NCBI GenBank assembly: GCA_964188305.1
Contig: OZ076892.1
Length of the DNA stretch: 64,000 bases
Strand: one strand, 5' to 3'
From: Podarcis bocagei
Lineage: Eukaryota
Shown here piece after piece: positions 50,001 through 60,562 of this stretch. Position 1 is the stretch's first letter; the number at the start of each line of letters is the position of its first letter. The translations under genes and the position numbers were made by a program. Under the pieces are notes generated by a model, which saw only the letters and a list, made by a program, of their open reading frames with translations, ran no database searches and was not told where the DNA came from.

Positions 50001-53000
50001 TCCAGCAGGTCAGACAGAAGGACAAGGGGCACCTGACGGCCCCAGTTTACGACCTGGGCAACTGGAACTGCACATTCCTGCTCCAACTAAACCTTCCCAA
50101 GTTGGCTCCTCTGGTAAGTGCTCCTGTCTCTGGCAAAGATCTCACACGCTTTGAGCAGCCTCTAGATATTTTTTTCTCCTGGTGCAAAGTGGCACGGGGC
50201 AGCTTTAGACAGGCGAAGGCAAGTGATTCCCTGGCAGAATCGGCACCAGTATTTGAGGGGAATGTGTTTGCCACAGAGGAGGGCCGCAGAGTGTGGTTCC
50301 AGCTACAGCTGGAGCCTGAAGACTTCTGTGCAGCTTCTGCTTGTAGTAACGGCTGGTGGGTGGGGAGAGCGAACGGAAGCATTTGTGTTGATAATTATAC
50401 ACCTCCAGACTCATGCAGAAGGAGGGTGGGAGGTGAGAAGAGAAGCAACAGTTGTGACACCAACAAGGAGGCAGTTTGGGAATCAAAAATGTTTTGCTGT
50501 GTCCCTGCCTTGAGTCCTCATGCCTGCAGAGTAGAACTGAGCCAGGTAAGAGCTTAGAAGAAGTTTGAGGGTGAGACCCAGACTCCATTTCCTGCTCTTC
50601 CCTATTGCTGGCCAGTCTCCTTCATCCCATCCCATTCCTCTGCTTTTGAAATGCTGTGCCTGCGCCCTTCTGTCGTTGGGACAGACTGCAGGGCAGCCCC
50701 TCTGGAGCAAGCCATAGCAATTCATCAGGCTGGTCTTCAATAGAGTTTGTGTCAATGGGAAAGGAAACAATGGCTAAAGTTTTAACAGGGAATCTATATT
50801 TCCACGCAAATCAATCCCAAAGCTTTTAAGGGATGTACATTATGGTTGCACAGTGTGCCTAATTTCTGCCATTTGTGAATAGTGGGAGTCCTTGCCTTTG
50901 CCAAGGACTGCTTCTGATTTTGTCTTAGGGCAAGTGAGGTTTTATGAATGGGGACATCTCAGAGCACAGGCACCCTTTTCAGCCCAGATGGGTGAAACTT
51001 GATGAATGTTAGCATTAATCAACATACATAGCAACAAAGCCGCTATACAGGGGGGTGAAGGTAATAGAGGGGAGGGGAAAGACAAATGAGGATAGAGAGA
51101 GAGAGAGCATGCGCACACACACAAGTGAACAGCCAACCACAGTGCTGGGGGACTGTGGCATTTGGAACACAGGTCAAAAGCACTGAAACAGCGCCACCTC
51201 CCCTGGGTTTCCAGGCCCAGCTCAAAGGGCTGGAAGGGCTTTTTCATTATCAGGGACTGGCTGCCCACTCTTCCAAGTCATCAGGGGAGGCCCTCCAGGT
51301 CCACCCCCTCCCCCCATGGAGCTTAAGGATCAATGCTTCCACTTTCCATGTGCCAGACTGCACTGTCTTCCTCTTCGCTGTCCACCTTGCAAGAATAGTT
51401 AACAATCTTCAAGTAGTTTTCTTCATCCAGGTCAACTAATTTGGGCTCTTATGTGTGTGTGAGTGCTGTATAAATCTGCGTATCCTTTGCACTGTTTCCC
51501 ACGCCACCCCCCAAAAAACAAACTGTCGTGCTAAGCTTTTTACTGTCGTGCTAAACTGCTGTTTCTTACTTTTGTTACTTTTGTCTTTTTTGGATTGTAA
51601 TAATGTTGAATTTATTTATAATGTTTCTTATGGTAATGTGAGACATAGCAAAGGCTTGGTGACTTGTTTGGTTGCCTTTGAACACAAGGAACATGGACAG
51701 GGGATTGGGTACCTGTTGGTTCTGCTGATTTTATAGGGGCTTCCATTATCATTGGCCATGGGCTGTCATTCTGGAGAGCTTTGCACCCCTTTTCAATAGT
51801 TCTCCTTAGAGGAGCAGTTTCAGTACGCTCACATCTGATGCACATTTGGCAGAAACCCCAAGCAGGGGCTTCTTGGTGGCTGCTCCCAGTCTCTGGGACT
51901 CATTGCCAAGGGGGACGAGCTTGCCCAAGTTTTGACCACACACTAGTTGGCAAAAACATTTTTATTTAGACAGATAAGCTGACTTTAGAATATGTTGAAA
52001 TTGGTTTTTTTCTGTTGGTTTTGATTTTATTGATTTATCTGCCTTATTTTTCTGTTCTTCCTCACTCTGTATTTTATTGCTGTTTCATTATATCTTGTTG
52101 TACTTGTGTTGTTGCATTTAGCAACCTGGAGACCATTTGGTGGAAAGGTGGGAAATAAATTTAAAGATCAAAGACACAAGAACGTATCAAAATGTGTATT
52201 TGGGTAGGTAACATGGCACCGGTGGAGGCTGGTTTCTTCGAAGAAATGACAACTCACTTAGGATTTCCTTATTGGTAGAATACCTAGTTGACTCTTCTTA
52301 TCTCTCTTCAATCTGTGGCCAATTCTGTAGCAACAAATGTGGCCCACAGAAAGAAGTGGTTGCCCAATTGGGAGTTCATTTTGGGTGGTTCCTGCTCCTG
52401 CCTTGCCAGTGTTTCCTTCCAAGGTTCCAAGTTCTTCAAATACCATCTTGGTGGAGACTAAAGGCAGTGTGAGAACATCAGATGAAACCTGAAGTTGCAA
52501 CTGGATCAGGCCAAAGGTCTTGCATCTTGTTCTACACCGGCCAAACAGTTCTCATAATGGGAACCCTGTTGCTGTTGCCAAATCTGCCCAGTAACACAGA
52601 TAAGAGAGTAACAAGATGCCTGCAGGTGCATCATGGTGAATGAGTTGTCTCTGCTGACTCATGAAGAATTATTAACCCATTAACCGCATTCCTTAACAAA
52701 CCCAGCATGTGGGACCAGAGTGCAGCAGCAACACTCTCCCCACCTGTGATTCCCAGCAACTGGCATTCCCAGACATACTGCCTCCAATAGTGGAGGGGCA
52801 ACATAGCCATAATGGCTAGTAGCCCTCTCCTCCATTAATTTTTTCTAAAGCTGTCAAAGTCTGCTTTTGTGGGAGCAAATGCCATGCTAGTTCTGCTTCA
52901 GCAAGACTTGTTCTTCTCTATGCTTGGTAATTCTATCTTTAACTATGCTTCCCACCAGCTTTCCTGGAACAGATGTTAAGCTAATGAGCCTGTAATGTCT

Positions 53001-56000
53001 CAAATCCTTTCAAGATGCCCTTTTAAAAACTGGTATTATATTGGCCCCTTTCCAGTCCTCAAATATGGAGGCTGATCTTCAGGGTGAGTTACGTACTTTT
53101 GTTAGAAGATCAGCATTTTCACACTTGAGATCTTTGCGAACTGTTAAGAACTTGTTGAGCCTTGTCCATTCAAAAGACAAAGAGTGGAAGTCCAAACAAC
53201 CTCATTCTTTTGTGACTTCAAATCTTCCAGTCTGCCAAAGGATCCCAGGCAGCAGTCCAGTACAGATCTCCAGGAGAGGCACCCACAGGGTGCTTCCTTC
53301 AGGTTCAGAGCTGGAAAGAATCCATAAAAGTTCATCACCCACCCAGATCGCACAGGTATGGCAGAGGCCTGACTGCTAGGTTGCTGAAGGATGCTCAGAG
53401 TGCAACATCTTGGAGATGGCCATGGTCCTCAGGACTGGGTTTATGACATCTATGGGAGAATTGCATGCCCTCCCAAGTCATCCCTAATCCTCTTAGCCTC
53501 TGTTGGGCAGAGGGGCCACTGAACCAGCCCTTGCCTGCTGTCGAAGAGACCCTCTCACCTACTAATCAAGGCCCCACTGAGAAGGGAAGATTAAAAAATC
53601 ACAGGGAAGATTACAGATTTCATCAGCACCATGGAAATGTGAATTTTGCATGCAGGAAGCATCTATGCAGACAGCCCTTTACTTGCCTTGATTGACTCAC
53701 GTTCCAGAATGCTTAAAATGTGTTTGGCAAGGTTAGGGCATGAGGGAAAGGAAGGTTTTGTTAGGCTTATCACGTCGTGCCTATGTACATGCCATATATT
53801 TAAAGCACATTGCTTCCCCCTAAGAGTGCCAGGGACAAGTTTGTTAAGGGTGCTGGGAACTGTAGCTTTGTGAGGGGTAAACTACAATTCCCAGGTTCCG
53901 GGGGGGGGTAGTGTACTTTAAATGTATGGAGTGGATATAGCCTATGTATTTCCTCCCTCCCCCTGTCCCCCTGGGAGCTCACTCACATGTGCATTTCTCC
54001 CAAAGCAACTGTGTAAGAGAAGTGAGTCACACAGCAAGCTTCATCCCTGAGCAGGGGCTTATCCTGGTCTTTCTTCCCTGTCTAATGCTCAGCCCACCAC
54101 CCTGCACTGATTTCCCATCTGGTGCATGGATGATGAGCAGGAAGGGCAAAGGGACAGATCATGACAGGCGGTGGAAAGGGATAATAGGGTAAACACCAAC
54201 CATAGCCTTCCTGGTTGTTCGCTTATAGTTCACCATCTGGCTAGAGGCTCCCTACTTCTTCCTGAGAGGGTTCCAGGTTACCTGAAGTTGTGGCTGGTTC
54301 TACCTTTGCACAGTGCCCTGGTGCTGCTATCTCGGAGGCCCGCTTCTTGGAAGCATTTGGTCCACCATGTAATGCCCTGGCTAGGAAGCACGATGAGCTC
54401 ATGCTGCTTGTCCCACTGTTGGCTTGTGCTGAGCACAGCTGGGAGCAAATGCGCAGGGCCTCGAGTGTGCTATTGATCCTCTGTCTGTGCGGGAGACGGG
54501 TGGGGGGAGGAGCTGGCTAGGCGGCTGCAGAGCTGTGCTTTAGATCAAGTGGATGGCTTTCTCTTCCCTCCCCTGTAGATTATCTAAAAATAGCCTTGCA
54601 GTTGTGGCATCCATCCTAAAGGCTGCCGTGGCCCCTTTAACTCCATTCCAGTCCAAGCCTTTTATGTCACATAATAATTTGGAAAGAAGATGTCCAAGAA
54701 GCTGTGTCTCCCAGCTTTCTTACTACTTAAAACATCCATATCTGTGTAGCCCTTTTAAGGACATGGCTCTGGTTTTTGTGCCCAGGACCATAATATCTGC
54801 AGCTGATTGCCAGTAGAAGTGTTTACTGGCTAGAGACTAGGAACACAAAGAGGTTTGCCGAATGTCATGAGATGCAAACCTCCCAGCATCTCATGGCCAG
54901 AAACAAGTAGGTGCGGCTCCATCATAACCGTTAAGGCAGATGGACCGGTTTGCGGGAATGATCCTGCGCGGGACTTCTTAAGTTCTTTCTTCTGAGAGAA
55001 GAGAAGAATTTGGTGATGTGGGGGAAAGTCCAGCAGCTTTTGACAAACATGCTTGTGCCAGAGTTTTTTTTCCTTTGGGGGGAGGGTTATTCCAGTCTGA
55101 GGCCGCCAGCAAATTCTGTACATTCAACAAGGCGTTTCTCCAGTTGCACAGTGGGCTTCAGGGCCAAGAAGATGATGTGGCAAGGTGCCCGGACTCTTTC
55201 TGGGCAAAGGCAGAGCTGGGGGAGGATGGCAAAGATAGGAGGATCAGAAGCTGGACTGTTCTTCCAAGTAGACTCCTAGGCATGCTGTGCTAAATGGCAC
55301 CTTTGCAAGCCCCCATCTCGCCCTCCCTGCTGGTTTCCATTATATGTTTGCCTGCTCAAATGGCGAACCACCAGATTGGCTCCCCAGGGTGGAAGAGAGG
55401 GCCAGTTCCATTTCATCCTCACACTTTCCTCAGAATCTGTTTATGCAAATGCTGCTGTTTGCTTTTCCTGGCGGGGTGTATTTGCTCTGCTTGCTGAGCA
55501 GATCTGCTCCCTGCTTTGCTTCCCCCTTATTTCCCCTTTGAGAAAGCTGCAGCGAAGTGTGCTGAGTTGTCTTCATGCTTGAGGAAAGTCTTCGTACTTT
55601 TTTCAAGCTGCCCTTTCTTTTATTTGGCAATATTTCTGTGACTGCATTGGTACATGCCCTCGCTTTCACAGGGCTTCGCAAAGATGGTAAGTGCTTTCTT
55701 GGTCTGGAAGTATCCTGTTCTGTTCATATGAACATGTGGATCCTCAAATATTTCCTTGTACCCCACCTTTCCACCACCCAGTGGGTTCTTCTGGGGGAGG
55801 GCAACCTTGTCAGAAACAGGCTGAACATCTAAACCTCAAATGAGGGATAAATTTGTAAGAGTAAGTGGATTGTGCCCCACTGCCCCAGACAGAAACAACA
55901 ATTTTAAAGGGGGCAGGGAGCCAGGATAATAACTATTAGCTTCCCCGGACTCGTGACTTCTGTTTTAATGAGGAGAAGGCCTGGCTTGTGATCTTGAAAT

Positions 56001-59000
56001 ACTTGGGCAGGCTCTCAGAACCAGCAGATCAGCTGCCTTGTCATGTGAGGGCCCACCCAGAGGGGAAGCAGAAAGCTCTGCTGTGAGTAAATGACTTGCT
56101 CTGGTGTGCTAGCTAATCCCCTTGCCAAAATGCTGGCTCTGAATCTGTAGCTCTGTCAGACACAAAACCACCCACAGAGGTAGGTTGCCCCCTCTATCTT
56201 CGAATTGCTTGGCTAGCACTTCATGGAACATGTTAAAGTGGGCTGGACCTCTGAGATCCTAGTAGTGGGCTGGAATCAACGCCCCCCCCCCCAGTGTTTC
56301 TTCACCTCAAACTGCTTGATCGAGAAGCAAGTTGCTTTCCCCTCCCCTTGCAATGGGCTGGGGGGGCAGGTGAAGCAAAGGATTTTGATCTTTACAGTGT
56401 CAAATGCCTTGACTTATGCTCCTCCCAGTGTATCCCAGCCCATGAAAGAAGTCAGGGAAGAGAGGTCAGGGAGGCAGCAGATGTCACAAAGCCAGCCACT
56501 TGTGCTAATCTGAGCTGGCTTGCGAAATAGGCTTTGGGGATTAGGCACTCAGAGCAGGGCCTGAGTCAGGAACCCACAGAGCAAGAGGACAGGAGGATGC
56601 TGGGCTTAGAGCCAGACATGGCCTTCCTGGAGTCTTGCTTGGGCATCACCCATTTCCAGCCTGGCATTCAGATTTCATTTCTGGAGGGAAGTTCCTAGCG
56701 TCCGGTTGTGGTGAAGTCTCGTGTACCACATGGGTTGACCTTCAAACCCTCTTAATCAGCAATTTTTCCCATGCGGAGAAATGTGTGCATTAACCCTTCC
56801 CTGGCCTGGGGCTGATGGGCGCTATAGTCCAAAAACATCTGGAGGGCAGCAGGCTGGGGAAAAGCTGGTTTGCCCCATCAGGTGTTGACATTTTGTAGGC
56901 GACTGTTTTGCCTTGTGTTCTGGCCTGGGAGAGCAGCTCTGTCAGTGGATTCACCCAATAAACCTAAGATGTTTCTAAATGTGTGTACATTCCACCCACC
57001 CACTTTTTCACTGTGCACCTCTCTTGCTATAAAACCCTGCAGAGGTACGAAGCATCCCTGTGAAGATCCCAGGTCTTGTGCCCAATATGCAGAACTGACT
57101 GCCTTAGGCAGGGCAGCCATCCCTTTGGGTCCAAATTGGCTTTCTGGATTGCAGGCATGCCTCCCCTTTGTGCTTCACCACCACGACCGCCCTCTCCGTG
57201 ACCTCCACACTTTCCCCTTCTGCCTTGTTTCAGTCAAACAAGAGCTTACTCCGGAGAGGGGTCTTTCTCCTGCCATGTGCCTCTGGAAATGGGCGGGTGT
57301 GTGGCGACAGAGAGGAGGGACAGGCACACACCCAGGTGCCTTGTAGTTGGGGAGGGAAGGAATGAAGACTGGCTTGTGTCTCCATGAGACTTGGGAAGGG
57401 GGAGCCTACATCTTAACAACATCTGTTTCAGTGATGAATTGAGAGGCAAATGTCTTGGGGCGGTTCTGTTTTTGTTCTTTGAGCTGCTCTATTTTTATCT
57501 TCCCATGTGATGTTCCTTTACATCATATTTACCAAGTTGAAATACAAAACATCCTGTAGTAGTATTAACCGGCTGGAAAGTCTCTCCTGCACATCAGGTT
57601 TCACTTAAGATAATCTGCCTGCCTTCCCTGGTGGTGGTGGCAGCAGCAGCAGCAACAATCCTAGTGCATGTTTGGGGATGGAGAAGGGGGTGTGGGGATC
57701 TGCTCTTGTACCCGCTCATAGGAGCTTGATGGTCAAAAGGCAGCTTCTGCCTCCTGAGTGGTTCCTACTTTTAGAAGCATAGGATTGGTGGAGCTGCAGC
57801 TCTCTGAAGCCCTTTCACAGCCCCATCTGCCTGGCGGACAGCTGGGGGAGGGGGATGAGGGCTGGAAGATCATTGGTCTCAAGGCACTCCAGGAACTTTC
57901 CAGTGGCCCCCCTCCAACCCCCCTCCATTCCTGCAGAAGAGCCAAGAGACAGAAAAATAGTTGCTCTGTGAATGACACAGAATTTCTTCCATCTTGCTCT
58001 GCCCCAGAGTCACAAGCAAGAGATACTGAGCAAAATGCTTTAGACTAGAGGAAGGGGTTTGTAGAGGCTCTCAGAGCAGTTTTCTGTTGGGGGGTGGGGA
58101 ATAGTCTGAAACGTTTCAGGAGGGAACTTGGAAAAGAGCTTGAATAGCAAAGGGCAAGCAAGCAAATTTGGGGCTGATGTACATCCAAAATGCTCTGTTG
58201 GCCTTTACAGACAGTTATGACACCTAGTTTGGGGACTGAAGCTGCCATGGTTGGGCTGGCAGACTCCTGTTGTGGTGACGGAAGAGGAAAAAAGGTAGTG
58301 GGAGGGAGTCTTGCTGAATCTCCTGGGCCCCTCATTAGCATTTAGAACTTTTGGCCTCCTCAGAACCTTTCTCTGTTGACAGTGGAGGGCACAGTGTTGA
58401 GCTAGGGCTGCTTCTGTTTTACAAAAAGCTGCCATAATGCAGTGCTGAGAGACAATTGTCCTGCCACAAGAGGGATGACTCTGCAGGGCAGTGCCAAATT
58501 GCAGTCTTCTGTGGTGTTGACCATCTGTATGGAACTGCGGGAGAGGAAAGCAAGTTAAGAGTGTCTAGTCCTCCTGTTGCCTTTCTGCAAGGAATAAAGC
58601 TGGGCTTGTAGGGAATTTTCCTGGGCAAAAGCATATCATACAGTTACACGGTGTAGAGCTGGTCTAAAGAAAGAAGATTGCCTATAGGAGACTTGCCCAA
58701 CCAGCTTGTTTTGGAATACTGCTCCCACCAGCCCTAGTCCAAAACAACTAGTGTTTCTGACTGATGGTGAGCTACCTGAGTAGGCCCATGCGTATCACAC
58801 AGTTTCCTTGAACTGCTTATCCTTTTAGGGAATCTTTGCAGAATCCTCCCATACACCCAGCGTTTGCAGATGCCAGAGAGGTAAAACTGCTTCCGGACAA
58901 ATTCTGCAGAAGTAATGAACACAGGCTAAGCCTGCAGACTGCTGGGCTGCTGGGCAGAACTCGCCATTATCTTCATCTCTGAGGAAGTAGAGGGAGAGAA

Positions 59001-60530
59001 GAGAAACCTTAAGGGAAGGGGGAGCTCAGGCACTTGTTTAATACCAGGTGATGATGTGTGTGATAGAGAAGTTGAATTTGGGCACATGTAGCATTTTCCC
59101 GCTTGATCAAGCTGTATGGCTGACCAGGTGGTGGAGTTGAGGAGAAATTCAAGCTGTCTTCTTTCTGAGCTTCCCGCTAGAGTGCAGTCTGCTGTGGCAG
59201 GCCACGGAAACATGATGATGACTAGAGAAGGCATCTGCTGCTCACCTTGGCAGTGAGAGTTAACACCATCATAGTTGCTTTCCAGGAAACCTCTGCGGCT
59301 TCTCCCTGAGCAATTCCCCTGAGACAACCCTACTCAGTTGCAACTCACCCTTGTGCTCACTGTGGGCAGCTGAGGTGTCTCAACACAACACTTGTGGGCT
59401 TAGGCTTCTCTTTATGTGTACTAACAGCCAGTCTGGTGTGTTGCGTATCTGTGAAGCCTCTGATTTGTGAGCATCAGCATGAATGAATCGGTTCAACTGT
59501 GTTTTCCTAACACCTCCTCCTGCCTTTCTAGTATTTCTGCTCCTATAAATAGTAAGGCGGGTTTAATTGTATCTTCTTGCTATGCCATCGTGGGCGAGCC
59601 ACCCATCGGTGGCAGAAGCTGGAACAGAGGAAGTTAAAGGGATCTGGGAGGCGTGGGTGGGACTCTTGGAAGCCTCTCTGCTGCTTGACTGTTTCTATGT
59701 TGTAACCGTGCAGATTAATTGAAAACTGGCTGGGCAGAGATTAGGAGCTGTGAGATGGTGGGCACAGGAATACAAAGCTGAGGTCTTGCTATGGATGTAC
59801 CTTCATAGCAGGAAGTGGGTCTCCTCTCTGCATGCCTCACACTGACCGCCACTTGTTCAGTGTATCCAAATTCAACAAATTTTGCTGCTGAACCAGCAGC
59901 AGATTGAAATAGTGAAGCTGCAGCCTGTTTCCTGCTTGTGTTGTGCATTGTGCAGCAATATTTGCCAACTCCTGACCCCAAATGAGACGTCTGTGATTTT
60001 ACAAGCTGCCTGGCGGGCAGGGAGAGAGGCTGCCAGAGTGGCTTTTCTGGTCCGTTCTGCAGTGGTGCACATCTTCTTTACTTGTCGTTCATGAGTGTGG
60101 AGCCCAGGAGTGCTGACTGAAGAGCCAAGCATTGACTTCCCCATCGACAGACAATTCGTGGAACTGTCTGACCTGCAACTTTTTTTCCTCTTGAAAAGGC
60201 ATGATCAGCATCTGATTGTATAAGGGGAAAAAGAGACCTATGTTAGGGGGCAATCCTTGAAGCTTTTCCTGTGACCTGGACATTCTGCCCAATTACATCA
60301 GGTCTGACCCTTGCAGATAACTTCCTTTAAAGAAGGCCCTGTTCAGCCTTGAGTATCAGTTCCCACCCACCCCTTGTCTTTCTGTTGTTTTCCATATATT
60401 TGGACAGGATAGTAAGCCTTTGTAAGAGCCAGGAAACAAGTGGCTTGGGCACTTAAGTGCCTCCAGACTCTCCAAAACCTTACAAAAACAAAGGAACTGG
60501 GTGCTCGTGAAGAAGGGCTGGGGGGGGGGG

Positions 60531-60562
<32 letters not shown>

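Noticed and set aside
49709-50557. 282-aa ORF over VAC14 exon 13
   Set aside because: Chance join of a CR1 fragment, exon 13 in the wrong frame and intron sequence.
51320-51440. Minus-strand acidic peptide [36 protein letters not shown] as an exon of a nested gene
   Set aside because: In-frame stop just upstream, no pyrimidine-rich acceptor, no recognisable family, and no partner exons found.
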